DNA from: an uncultured Candidatus Saccharibacteria bacterium
GTDB lineage: Bacteria; Patescibacteriota; UBA1384; XYA2-FULL-43-10; 1-14-0-10-43-13
Length of the DNA: 64,000 bases
Direction of reading: 5' to 3'
NCBI GenBank assembly: GCA_964628585.1
Contig: CAZVMH010000003.1
Span: forward strand, 28,470 to 92,469
In this document: positions 40,101 to 49,180 of the stretch, piece by piece
Position numbering within the stretch: the first letter of the stretch is position 1
How the letters are laid out: each line of letters opens with the position of its first letter
The notes under the pieces: model-generated
What the model was told of the DNA's origin: nothing
Databases searched by the model: none
Seen by the model: only the letters and a program-made list of their open reading frames with translations
Position numbers and translations under genes: made by a program

Positions 40101-40357
40101 GCAGAGAATTGATCTTTGGGCACAAAACTAGAATCTACACTTCTCTCAACTTTAAAGCCGGTTTCGTTGGTAGAACGGTCGGTCCATTCTAGTTTTATTG
40201 AATTATAGGCAAGAACTGTGGCTCTAAAGTTATCTGGCACAGGGGGTGGATCGACGGCAAAAACATTTTTTGCAGAAAAACCACAAACGAAGATCGCTAT
40301 AATTGCTAAAAAAATCAAACTAAATTTAAGAGATTTTATTTTTATAAATTTTATCAT
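37124..40357 (-). CDS. Secreted multi-fibronectin-III protein (about 10 FN3) with an internal truncated DUF11-like domain
   Basis: Repeated APxNL...LxWxDNSxNExGFxIERS...YYYRVRA; likely start MIKFIK (GAGGG RBS). Confidence 0.88.
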   Translation of the reverse strand: MIKFIKIKSLKFSLIFLAIIAIFVCGFSAKNVFAVDPPPVPDNFRATVLAYNSIKLEWTDRSTNETGFKVERSVDSSFVPKDQFSASSVAGSGSNVTLTNTTMVAEGTLYYYRVYAYNAGGNSAFSATISATSFLKTPTGLTATLNSATSVNLAWTDVSNAESHYTIERKTDLGGTWAALTTDLPANTSSYSDSTVTTGHTYYYRVKATKTNGAFSLYSNEANVPVGTSTLNVPANLSVVATNTMILTWDNNNTSEQGYKIERKEGETGTFAEVGSTLADITTYTDTAVTEATQYFYRVRAYLGTTYSDYSQTINGLTYLNTPTNMACLLADGLLEVDMGWQDNSANESGYAIERKLADGEWNIIHILPNESGFDYTSWIDVITYSNLPYMYRVHAVRSSDSLISLNSEECAVNIPEIQIYKEAPLEATEGGDLNYRFTITNHSARQINDINIQDQLSTVLQVVAVSEGQVNESDLFTATIILDPGEVKIIQINTRIPFQLSAPTELSAQAISDDQINLSWSDNSDKEQGYILERSTNLGFSENVFSFNLGANIDSYNDQGLLPDTRYYYRVRAYYSIDSSDYSNSASARTKGGISIEVPGSFYSSSYWVDHVTLVWEDRSNNEDGFKIERSTTFDFNSDLQVFTVEENGSAYTDTTVAEGQNYYYRIRAYKDTEHFSDYSEIIPISLYTPAAASNLTASVYHTSNVVLNWADNSDNEEGFFVERSTSADFTQNWWASFGTQPNVTTYEDIAPPPDVTYYYRISVFGGLGMSGYSNVVTARPLTDTSISAPTNLRVRAVTLNTVLLDWQDNSNNEDGFVLEVSTSETFSFHGRNYTIDTIEANQNEFLVDHLDPNTPHYFRVRAKRLPDYFSGLSNTVSAITTDVSDSIEAPSNLTVALTTDRKPSLTWQNNANDIDSLTLEIGSNASFTDGKLWGLSPYANSFVDLGRLPGSTCYYRVRALKGGMNSNWSNVVSITIPNWAPSNLTAVLTENNTVQLNWQDNSPNEMMFYLYRNNNHVFENNWDRDLSWDIAANETSKMDDYELIPGNTYYYRIRARLPDDYSEPSNIVSITIPDL

Positions 40358-40416
40358 TCCCTCGCTTAATGATTTTCTAATAATAATATTGATCATCAAA
40401 ATTAAAATACAAAAAG

Positions 40417-43400
40417 CTAATTCACTGTCACTCTAAAGCTCACCTCTTTGATTTCTTTTGGTGCGTAAGACCCGAGATCCCAATTAATTATACCTCCTTC
40501 TGCAGTCCCGCCGTCAGTAGCAGATTGAAAAGTTGTCCCTGCCGGAACCGGGTCGGAAAGATTAAGATCGGTTGCCGCAAAAGAAGCTTCGTCAGACTCC
40601 GGCATCACTTTTATTGTATATTCCACTATGTCCCCTGGGCCTGCTTCCGCTTTATCAACCGTTTTTACAAGTACAAGCTCATCCACGTCATAGATAATGA
40701 ATCTGTCCTTCCCTGAATCGGTAATTACCATTTTACCAGGGATGTCTAAAGAGATGCCGTGCACCTTTTCGAACTTATTGTTATTGAAGGGGATGTTCGA
40801 TATTTTTTTAACTATCTGCCCCGCCTTATTCATAATCACCACGCCATAATAGCTATCAGCATAAAATATATAATTCTTTGTTACCGCAAGAGCTTCTCCG
40901 CTGCTGGTATATTCTTTAGGTATCGCCCAACCATTGGGGTTTATCTGAAGTATTTTGGAAGTAGTATTTACATAAAGAAATCCGTCTGAGCTTTTTTCAA
41001 TATTTGCCATGCCATAAAGCTTGTAGGCATATTTTGGATTGGTAGGAAAGCTAGGATCGTGCCAGACAAGGGGACCGCTGTCAACATCGGCGCCAAACCA
41101 ACCGTTAAGCCGAATACCATCATCATTAAAATCATGCTGAAAAACGTATATCGCCATGGTTCCATTACCGACAACATATAATCGATCTGTGCTTTCTTCG
41201 TAAGCAATATCGAAAGGTTGTCGGATAACATTAAGCCCTGCGCTGTAGTTTTTTACCGGACCCTCATCGTGGCCATGCCATGAGGCAGGAATAGAGGATG
41301 ATGTACTTGTTGACCCCCACCAGCCAATAAAACTCAAGCTGCCGTCCCCGTTTATTCTATATTTCGAAATTCGATCATTTTCACGTTCTGCGACATAAAT
41401 ATAGTCAGATTGCCCGGAACTCTTTTTTTTCACAATAACTATATTCTGCGGGATATTAAATTGCCCGTCATTGTCTCCAGCATAACCGGCAAGGGCGGGA
41501 GAGCCGGCAGAGTGCCAGCCGGTTGTGCCAGTGTTATCCTTGCCCCACCAACCAAGCGCCTCCCAAGAGCTATTAACTTTAACTATTCTATTGTTATCTG
41601 AATCGGGAAACCAGATGTTGCCCTGTGAGTCAGCCGAAACATGCCCCCTGGAATAATAAATTTTGTTCCCCGTATTCCCCCTCCTCCCCATGTTCTGCAG
41701 AAAGTTAAAATTTGAGTCATATTTTAATATCCTGTTATTTGAATTGGCATGATAAAATGACCCTGTTGCTCCAGTATCAACAATCCAAAAATTACCATCC
41801 GCATCATGCTTAAAATCAAAAAACTGTGAATACGAAGAAGGCGGCTTGCCGGGTGTACCTTCGCTAACGCTATCATTTTTTGTAGAAGTTTCAATAATAT
41901 TTCGAATAAAAGAACCGGTAGTTGAATATTCCTTAATGGTCCCTTTGCCGTCTGTTTTTGCGTCATCATCTGCAACCCCAACATAAAGCTTCCCGTTATT
42001 TAACTCTATGGCTCTAGGAACATTCATAATATTGTCCTTAAGATCTTGAGGAAAAACTCCCCCGACATACCCGATATCTGAGCCAAAACCAATTTGTAAA
42101 ACCATGTTCCCGCTCTGGTCGAATTTAGCTACTCCTGAATCAAAGTCACTGGTACTCCAGCCACTTGAATATTCAACATGAGAAATAAAAATATTCCCCG
42201 CGTCATCAACATCAAAACCAAACGGGCGGTAGTGCATCTTTGTCTGGGCAGGAACGCTATTTTGATAAGTCCAACTGCTACCATTGGTTTGAAATATTTT
42301 TAGCCGTTTGTGAGCCGAGTCGGTTACTGCCACCCTATTATTCGGCAGATTTATCAACCCGTGGGGCCGGGCCAAATTTTCATTGCTGTGTCCTAGCGCC
42401 CCGTAGTTATAACCAAAATTTCCATCATTATTGATTACAACGATTCGATGATTAGACGAATCGCTTACGAATATATTGCCCTGGCCGTCTGTGGTAACAC
42501 CTTCCGGGCCATAAAAACCCATGTTCTTATTTGAACTTTTTGGATAGATAGTAATGACAGATGGATTAAATGCATGCCAGCCGGCAAACCCAGTATTGTC
42601 TTCCCCCCACCAGCCAGAACAACCGATAGACCCGTCTTCATTAATTACAAATTTCTGGACTCTGTTATTAGCATGTTCGGCGACATAAATATTATTTTGA
42701 TAGATATTTATTGCCATCGCCTTGTCAAGACTCCCGTCTCGACTCCCGGTCGTCGATTTCTTGCCGCTTCCGGGAATATGCCAGCTCGCAACCCCAGTGT
42801 CATCCCTGCCCCACCAACCCTTAAAGACGTAGTTACTATCATATTTGGAGATTTTGGAATCATCAATCAAATAGATGTTATTTTGGCTGTCGAGAGTAAC
42901 ATCATTAATGTATGAGGTTAGACTCTCCTCAGTGCCAGAACCAAAAGTTTTGACACTGATATTATTTTGAGGAGTGATTTTAACAATACGAGAATTAGTC
43001 GAATCGGCCACATACAGGTTGTCTTGCGAGTCAAGAGAAATACCGCGAGGATCATCAAACGCCCCGACTTCGCTGCTGCCATATTTGTACGGCACCTTCC
43101 CGCTTCCCACTGAATGCCAACCCAGACCATTCACACTATCCTTGCCCCACCAGCCAAGAAAATTGAAATTGGGGTCATATTTCATGATCCGATTATTTAG
43201 CGAATCGGCAAGGTATATATTACCCTGGGAATCAGCTTTGGCGGATGAGCGAATGTAATTTAATTCTCCGTCACCATAACTTCTCGAACCAATTTTTCTA
43301 ATGAACTGACCGTTTTTTTCAAATGTTTGAATCCTACCCCCGTAAGAGGTATCGGAGCCATAAAAATCGGAAACATAAACTTTCTGATCGGGACCAATCT

Positions 43401-43977
43401 TAATTACAAGAGGGTTTTCAAAAGCTCCATCTTCAATCCCCCACTTGCCTTTTTTACCGGACCCCGGCTCATGCCAACCAATCGTATTTTGTGTGTCCTT
43501 CCCCCACCAACCAAGCCAGTTCCCCTCCGTATCCATTTTTACAACTCGAAAATTGTTATAATCTGCAACGTATAAATTATTGTCGCCATCTATAGCAATG
43601 CCTCTGGGGCCATCAAATTGATTGTCCCCATACCCCAAGCTACCCCACCTTTTGATTAATGTGGTTCCTGTCGGATCAAATTTTGTTATAGCATTTGATC
43701 CATTTTCCACAATATAAATGTTGTTTTGAGAATCAAATGCAATTGACCTGGGCTCATTAAAATCATACAAAGCAGCAATATCCGGCTTCATGACAGGGTT
43801 AGTCGCATTGAAGCTTGCCCCCGTCTCGGCTTTTATCTCCTCTTTATTGAATATTTTTATAGAACCACCAATTAGCAACAAAGCCAACGCCACTACCAAA
43901 TAGGCATGGATTATTTTTTTGCTTTTTGCCCCTGTTATCAAATGCATTAAACTATTCATTCTATCTATTGTCCTCAC
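40417..43977 (-). CDS. Large NHL-repeat beta-propeller surface protein with a C-terminal truncated DUF11 domain
   Basis: N-terminal TM; many PxGIAxD..GNIYVAD..NxRI repeats; ends LVKTVDK...PGDIVEYTI...LSDPVPAGT...WDLG...VSFRVTVN*. Confidence 0.88.
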   Translation of the reverse strand: MRTIDRMNSLMHLITGAKSKKIIHAYLVVALALLLIGGSIKIFNKEEIKAETGASFNATNPVMKPDIAALYDFNEPRSIAFDSQNNIYIVENGSNAITKFDPTGTTLIKRWGSLGYGDNQFDGPRGIAIDGDNNLYVADYNNFRVVKMDTEGNWLGWWGKDTQNTIGWHEPGSGKKGKWGIEDGAFENPLVIKIGPDQKVYVSDFYGSDTSYGGRIQTFEKNGQFIRKIGSRSYGDGELNYIRSSAKADSQGNIYLADSLNNRIMKYDPNFNFLGWWGKDSVNGLGWHSVGSGKVPYKYGSSEVGAFDDPRGISLDSQDNLYVADSTNSRIVKITPQNNISVKTFGSGTEESLTSYINDVTLDSQNNIYLIDDSKISKYDSNYVFKGWWGRDDTGVASWHIPGSGKKSTTGSRDGSLDKAMAINIYQNNIYVAEHANNRVQKFVINEDGSIGCSGWWGEDNTGFAGWHAFNPSVITIYPKSSNKNMGFYGPEGVTTDGQGNIFVSDSSNHRIVVINNDGNFGYNYGALGHSNENLARPHGLINLPNNRVAVTDSAHKRLKIFQTNGSSWTYQNSVPAQTKMHYRPFGFDVDDAGNIFISHVEYSSGWSTSDFDSGVAKFDQSGNMVLQIGFGSDIGYVGGVFPQDLKDNIMNVPRAIELNNGKLYVGVADDDAKTDGKGTIKEYSTTGSFIRNIIETSTKNDSVSEGTPGKPPSSYSQFFDFKHDADGNFWIVDTGATGSFYHANSNNRILKYDSNFNFLQNMGRRGNTGNKIYYSRGHVSADSQGNIWFPDSDNNRIVKVNSSWEALGWWGKDNTGTTGWHSAGSPALAGYAGDNDGQFNIPQNIVIVKKKSSGQSDYIYVAERENDRISKYRINGDGSLSFIGWWGSTSTSSSIPASWHGHDEGPVKNYSAGLNVIRQPFDIAYEESTDRLYVVGNGTMAIYVFQHDFNDDGIRLNGWFGADVDSGPLVWHDPSFPTNPKYAYKLYGMANIEKSSDGFLYVNTTSKILQINPNGWAIPKEYTSSGEALAVTKNYIFYADSYYGVVIMNKAGQIVKKISNIPFNNNKFEKVHGISLDIPGKMVITDSGKDRFIIYDVDELVLVKTVDKAEAGPGDIVEYTIKVMPESDEASFAATDLNLSDPVPAGTTFQSATDGGTAEGGIINWDLGSYAPKEIKEVSFRVTVN

Positions 43978-44100
43978 GATAAATTTCCCTGATTAACCGT
44001 TTCCCTATGCACTACTTCAATAGCAACATTATAACCAAAAAGCAAAGATTAGGCTGAAATATTTTGTCAGTTTGTTATGCTTAGTCATGTTGCCTCGGGG

Positions 44101-44997
44101 CTAAGGAATGAACTTGATGCTTACACCGTCCACACGAGGCTGAATCCAGACACCATTATTAACTCCGAGAGTTTGTGTACTTGTCCATGCATCAACTGGG
44201 CCGATATCCACAAGCGCCTGAAGTTGCGCATCCCACCAGTAGCCTACCGGTTCAACCCAATTGTCACCGTTTGGATCAAGAGAGGCCTGTGCCCAAGTTC
44301 TGTCAGCACTGCCTTCCTTTGTGAATAACACTTTGTTGTTTGCACCATCAACATCTACAGGAGATGTAAACGGATTGCCAACAAGTGCCCAGCCAGTTTT
44401 CCCGATATTAACAATTTTAGGAGCAGTTTCTGGAACTGTAGCATAAGTAATTGTGCCAGTATTCCCTGTAGCGTTGACCCAGTATCCTTGTCCCGTATCC
44501 AAATGCCCGCCGCTAGCGAAAGCTCCATTGTCCTCTCCGCACTCACTCCACGCGTCCCAAACTATCAAACTTCCGTTAGAGTTTTGCCAATGAAACACAC
44601 TGCCGTCGATTGATATTTCACCGGGATACGGAGCCCTATTCTCACAATCAAAATGAAAAACACTCTCTGCCCTACTATTAGCTGGTTTTTGCGATAAAGC
44701 GAAGAGATACCAGCCCGATTTGCTGAAATTGAAGGTTGCTTCAGATGGTGGAGCTACTATGGTGGTCATGACTGTGTTACTAGTGACAGTTTTTTGTTGT
44801 CCTTGGCTGTCAGTATAGGTTAGGGTGGCTTGATTTGTTATTGGCCCAATAGGATTCTCGCTCGCCTGTCTATTAAGTTTATCCAGATTCAAATACAGAC
44901 CCAAGCCCGCTATTGCCGCCACAAGCACCAAAAGCGAGAGTCTTACATTCTTTCTCGAACCAATTAGCTTTGAGAACACTGCTTTTAACTTACTCAT
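44101..44997 (-). CDS. Exported protein with an N-terminal ITNQATLTY..SNTV segment and a Trp/Gly-rich duplicated beta domain
   Basis: AGGAGG RBS before ATG 44997; TM; GWYLFAL / GWALVGNPF and GQGYWV / NNGVWI internal duplication. Confidence 0.8.
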   Translation of the reverse strand: MSKLKAVFSKLIGSRKNVRLSLLVLVAAIAGLGLYLNLDKLNRQASENPIGPITNQATLTYTDSQGQQKTVTSNTVMTTIVAPPSEATFNFSKSGWYLFALSQKPANSRAESVFHFDCENRAPYPGEISIDGSVFHWQNSNGSLIVWDAWSECGEDNGAFASGGHLDTGQGYWVNATGNTGTITYATVPETAPKIVNIGKTGWALVGNPFTSPVDVDGANNKVLFTKEGSADRTWAQASLDPNGDNWVEPVGYWWDAQLQALVDIGPVDAWTSTQTLGVNNGVWIQPRVDGVSIKFIP

Positions 44998-45130
44998 GCT
45001 CCTCCTAGAAAAATTTAACATATAATCAATAAATTTTAAGTTCTTTTATAAACATTTGTTTCATAATATCATAAATTATTTAAACAATACAAAAAAATAA
45101 ATCTATTTGTGAAAAAAATGAGTTAGAAAT

Positions 45131-46660
45131 CTATTTTTTAACTCTTTTCTCTTTAATAAACCATTTTTCTATATCAAAATATCTAAATGAAACTTCAGAA
45201 AATTTTCTTTCACTAACTCCTTTTATTTCTTTTTGAACATAAAAATTACATTCCTTAGGATCAAAAAACAAAGCGAGTGATTCATCTGTAACTGTTTTAA
45301 AAAATTGATCATATTTTTCTCTACGTATCTTGTTGTCCGTTGTCATACGAGCTTCCTCAAGCAACTTATCAGATCTTTTATCCGAAAAACCTGAGAAATT
45401 TAATTTATCCATCTGAGAGGTATGCCAAAAAACATATGGATCGGGATCATGAGAAAAATCAAAACCATATAATAAAAGCTCGTATTTTTTTTCATCTAAT
45501 ATTTGTTTCATCTGAGAAGGATTCATATAGCGTAATTCAAGTTCAATGTTTCTTGTAATAAAATTATTTTTTAACTCTTCGGCTTTAGCTCGTTGATACG
45601 GTGCATCCAAAGTCGTTAGAGCGACTTTTATTTTTTCTGGAAAAATATAATCAGAAAATATATTTTTTCTAAACTCTTTATCTTTAAATTTATCGATTCT
45701 TAAGTTTGATATCAGGGCAATTTGTTTTGATGTAGCAAAGCTAAGATCAATAGAGTCATCCAGATTGGCATTTGTACCAGTCAATGCATTTACTTTTTTA
45801 TTATCAAAAGCTTTGGTAGCATCACCGGCTTTAGTATAAAAACCAATCTCTAAATTAGTAATAAAAGGTTTCCCATTGTGATATTTATCGTATGCTAGCA
45901 GTTTAAGATCATCTACTTTTTGATTGGTTTTTTTTACGCTCACATATTTATATGGACCAGTTCCAATAAATTTCTTTGAAAGTTCATCTGGAGAGATATG
46001 AGAGGGTAAAATTCCAAAATCACAGTAATAGATAAAAGGACCATAGATTTTGGGTAATGTAAAGGTTACTTTGTTTGCTCCATCACTTTCCACCAAGACA
46101 TCTTTCCATGCGTCATAAAGCGGACTCTGAAATTCCGGATCTTGAATTTGATTAACTGTATAAACAACATCTTCGGGAGATAAAACAACGCCATCGTGAA
46201 AATAAATATCATTTCGTAGAGTAAAAGTATATGTAAGCTGATTCGGGCTTATCTCCCAACTTTTAGCAATTTTTGGCAAAACGTTTCCATCTTTATCAAT
46301 CTCAACCAAGGGTGAAAAAATTAATCTGGAGATTGAGGTATCAACGTCATTATTGGCTAAAACAGGATTAATATATTTTAGTTCTCCTACGTTCGCCTCT
46401 TTATAATACCCACCAAAATCGGGGACGAGTTTTGTTTGATCTCTATAATATGTATTAATCTTCATTCCCAACATTGTCATAGCAGCCAAAAATAAAATTA
46501 GAGCTAATAACTGCTCCAAAATATTCATTGCTGCCAAACAAGCTCGGATTCGACTAATAAAATTACTCGAAACCAAAAACAAGAATCTTCCAATTCGTTT
46601 TAGCGTATCAACAATAAAAACACTTTTTGTGTTTTGAAGTTTCATAGATGGCCTAACCAA
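45131..46660 (-). CDS. Family 5 (peptide/nickel) ABC substrate-binding-like protein
   Basis: INPVLA, YTFTLRNDIYFHDG, IGTGPYK, DPDPYVFWHTSQ; beside secG. Confidence 0.88.
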   Translation of the reverse strand: MVRPSMKLQNTKSVFIVDTLKRIGRFLFLVSSNFISRIRACLAAMNILEQLLALILFLAAMTMLGMKINTYYRDQTKLVPDFGGYYKEANVGELKYINPVLANNDVDTSISRLIFSPLVEIDKDGNVLPKIAKSWEISPNQLTYTFTLRNDIYFHDGVVLSPEDVVYTVNQIQDPEFQSPLYDAWKDVLVESDGANKVTFTLPKIYGPFIYYCDFGILPSHISPDELSKKFIGTGPYKYVSVKKTNQKVDDLKLLAYDKYHNGKPFITNLEIGFYTKAGDATKAFDNKKVNALTGTNANLDDSIDLSFATSKQIALISNLRIDKFKDKEFRKNIFSDYIFPEKIKVALTTLDAPYQRAKAEELKNNFITRNIELELRYMNPSQMKQILDEKKYELLLYGFDFSHDPDPYVFWHTSQMDKLNFSGFSDKRSDKLLEEARMTTDNKIRREKYDQFFKTVTDESLALFFDPKECNFYVQKEIKGVSERKFSEVSFRYFDIEKWFIKEKRVKK

Positions 46661-46871
46661 TAAAAACGGTCAGAACGGCAGTCAGGCAAAACAAAAATGC
46701 TATTAATATAGTGCTATAAAATAAAAAACTTTCAACTCCTCTTCTCGACCTATAAACATTACCCTCTCCACCAAAAGCTACTCCAAGTCCGCTACCGCGT
46801 TGTTGAAGTAATATTGCTATCATGAGCAATATGGCAAAAATTATTTGAAATATTTCTAATATATTTTTCAT
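46653..46871 (-). CDS. secG: Preprotein translocase SecG
   Basis: ILLQQRGSGLGVAFGG...RRGVE; two TM. Confidence 0.93.
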   Translation of the reverse strand: MKNILEIFQIIFAILLMIAILLQQRGSGLGVAFGGEGNVYRSRRGVESFLFYSTILIAFLFCLTAVLTVFIG

Positions 46872-46876
46872 CCAGT

Positions 46877-46953
46877 ATAATTTACAGCTATTTAGTCAAA
46901 AATTCAAGTCCCTACGTTCGACGCTTGAATTTTTGACCATTTTAATCTACAAT
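46877..46953. promoter_or_regulatory. Mirror-image divergent promoters (secG / tRNA operon)
   Basis: 14-bp inverted repeat GTCAAAAATTCAAG; plus strand TTGAAT-N17-TACAAT, minus strand TTGAAT-N17-TAAATT. Confidence 0.6.
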
Positions 46954-46968
46954 AATTCTAGTTGTTAC

Positions 46969-47042
46969 GCGGGTATCGTATACCGGTATTATACGTCCTT
47001 GCCAAGGATGAGAAACGGGTTCGACTCCCGTTACCCGCTCCA
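46969..47042 (+). tRNA. tRNA-Gly(GCC)
   Basis: GCGGGTA acceptor stem, CGTCC-TTGCCAA-GGATG, GGTTCGA, CCA end. Confidence 0.95.
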
Positions 47043-47117
<75 letters not shown>

Positions 47118-47119
47118 GA

Positions 47120-47193
47120 GGTCTGATGGCCGAGTGGTTAGGCAGCGGTCTGCAAAACCGCGTACCCCGGTTCAAGTCCGGGTCAGACCTCCA
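47120..47193 (+). tRNA. tRNA-Cys(GCA)
   Basis: GCGGT-CTGCAAA-ACCGC anticodon arm, U73 discriminator, CCA end. Confidence 0.95.
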
Positions 47194-47216
47194 ATGTGCT
47201 ATAATGGAATAAATAT

Positions 47217-47543
47217 ATGTCAAAGAAAAAAAATAAATTCAAAAAGTCAAAACGACACCACCTGCAAGATCAACCCATCAAAAAGCAGATGTCAGCTGTT
47301 GAAGTCAAGAACAATAGTCCAATTGTTGAGTCTTCCGCATCCGATAAAGTAATTGAAGCCCCGCTTGATCATTACGACACTCAAAAATATGACTACGTTA
47401 AACACGATATTAAAAAAATCTTGATCATCATGGTCTCAATTATTATCGTATTATTCGCTTTTTATTTTATAGAACTCAAAACCACAATCCTAGATACAAT
47501 CGGCAACTGGATTTACAAAATCCTCAACATTCAAACACTTTAA
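47217..47543 (+). CDS. Hypothetical membrane protein with a basic N-terminus
   Basis: MSKKKNK..., YDYVKHDIKK then TM; TGCTATAAT just upstream. Confidence 0.75.
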   Translation: MSKKKNKFKKSKRHHLQDQPIKKQMSAVEVKNNSPIVESSASDKVIEAPLDHYDTQKYDYVKHDIKKILIIMVSIIIVLFAFYFIELKTTILDTIGNWIYKILNIQTL

Positions 47544-47545
47544 AT

Positions 47546-49084
47546 TTAATATCTCTGCTCTTTGGGCCTGTATTGCAACGCTTCTGTGATATGACGATCC
47601 AATATGGTCGGCTCATTTTCTAGATCGGCAATTGTTCTGGCTACTTTTAAAAGTCGGTGATATACTCGGGCAGAAAGTTTCATTGAGTCGACTGCTTGAG
47701 CAATCATCTTTTCCCCCGCTTCATCTAATTTACAAAATTCCTTGATATGTTTTGAGCTAATTGCAGAGTTGGCTTTGATTTTTAGGTTTTTGAATCTTTT
47801 TGTTTGGATGTCTCTGGCTTTTTGGACTCGCTCGCGCACCTTGCTTGAGGCTTCGCCCAATTTTTCTTCTGCTAATTTTTCATATTTTAATCTCGGCACC
47901 TCTATATGAATGTCGACCCTATCTAATAATGGACCCGATATCTTTTTTTGATATTTCATAATTTGAGTAGGGGAACAATTGCACTGTTTTTCACTGTCAG
48001 TTAAATACCCGCAGGGACAGGGATTTTGAGCCGCAACCAAAAGAAAATCAGCTGGAAAAGTTAGACTGCTCTGCGCTCTAGAAACTGTAACCACTCCATC
48101 TTCTAGCGGTTGGCGTAGCGCTTCTAAAACGCTTCGTGGAAACTCTGGGAATTCATCTAAGAAGAGAACACCTCGATGGGAGAGGCTTATCTCACCTGGT
48201 TTTGGCCACTGCCCTCCTCCGATTAAGGCGACAGATGAAGTCGTATGATGTGGCGATCGGAACGGTCGAGCCGAAATAAGGCCATCTTCTTTATCATTAA
48301 ATAGTCCTGCAACTGAATATACTTTAGAGATATCCAGCATTTCATCTTCGTCCATGCTTGGTAAAATTGTAGTTAAACTTCGCGACAATAAAGTTTTGCC
48401 TGAGCCAGGAGGTCCTGACATTAAAATGTTATGATTTCCTGCTGCCGCAATTTCTAGTGCTCTTTTAACCTGTTCTTGGCCAGAAATGAAAGCGAAGTCA
48501 TAATCCGATTGATTTGTATTATGTCTTTTTGATTTCGATGTTTTCTGGGCTGGTTTTAATATCTTTGCCCCAAGTAAATGGTCTACTAACGATCTTAAAT
48601 TTTCAATCGCATAAACTTCCAGGCCTTTAACCAAAAGTGCTTCCGATGCATTTGCCTTTGGTAGGAATATTCGTTCATATCCGTTTTGTATTGCAAACAT
48701 AGCAATTGGAAGAACACCGTTCACTCCCCGCAATTCACCATTAAGTGATAGCTCGCCTATAAAAATTGATTTTTTAAGGTCCGGAATTCGTTCAATCTCT
48801 CCATCGGCAGCTAAAATCCCTACTGCCATTGGCAAATCAAAACTTGGACCCTCTTTTTTAATATCGGCAGGAGCTAAATTGATAGTTAGGCGATGCTGAG
48901 GAAATTGCAAATCGGAATTTTTAATCGCTGCTCTAATCCTTTCTTTGCTTTCATCGATTGCCTTATCTGGCAACCCAACAATAGCAAAAGAAGGTAATCC
49001 TTTTCCTAAATCGACTTCAACCTCAACAAGATATGACTCAAGTCCAATGGTTGCAGCAGAGAATACTTTAGCAATCTTTTGCAT
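47546..49084 (-). CDS. comM: YifB/ComM Mg-chelatase-like AAA+ ATPase
   Basis: IVGLPD, INLAPAD, GPPGSGKT, RPFRSPHH, LFLDEFPEF, NPCPCG, SGPLLDRVD. Confidence 0.95.
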   Translation of the reverse strand: MQKIAKVFSAATIGLESYLVEVEVDLGKGLPSFAIVGLPDKAIDESKERIRAAIKNSDLQFPQHRLTINLAPADIKKEGPSFDLPMAVGILAADGEIERIPDLKKSIFIGELSLNGELRGVNGVLPIAMFAIQNGYERIFLPKANASEALLVKGLEVYAIENLRSLVDHLLGAKILKPAQKTSKSKRHNTNQSDYDFAFISGQEQVKRALEIAAAGNHNILMSGPPGSGKTLLSRSLTTILPSMDEDEMLDISKVYSVAGLFNDKEDGLISARPFRSPHHTTSSVALIGGGQWPKPGEISLSHRGVLFLDEFPEFPRSVLEALRQPLEDGVVTVSRAQSSLTFPADFLLVAAQNPCPCGYLTDSEKQCNCSPTQIMKYQKKISGPLLDRVDIHIEVPRLKYEKLAEEKLGEASSKVRERVQKARDIQTKRFKNLKIKANSAISSKHIKEFCKLDEAGEKMIAQAVDSMKLSARVYHRLLKVARTIADLENEPTILDRHITEALQYRPKEQRY

Positions 49085-49141
49085 TTACACTCCTTTTTGA
49101 TTTAAATATATTTTATCACTTTTTGGCACAAAAAAGGCGAA

Positions 49142-49173
49142 AGCCCGGCCTGACACTAGGGTCAGACCGGGCT
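49142..49173 (-). terminator. Terminator after the 209-aa ORF
   Basis: 13-bp stem AGCCCGGTCTGAC / GTCAGGCCGGGCT followed by TTCGCCTTTTTT. Confidence 0.75.
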
Positions 49174-49180
49174 CGGTGTA

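Noticed and set aside
37124-43977. CRISPR array or DGR-like repeats
   Set aside because: The repeats are protein-level (FN3, NHL) and diverged in DNA; no spacer array, cas gene or reverse transcriptase was seen in the window.
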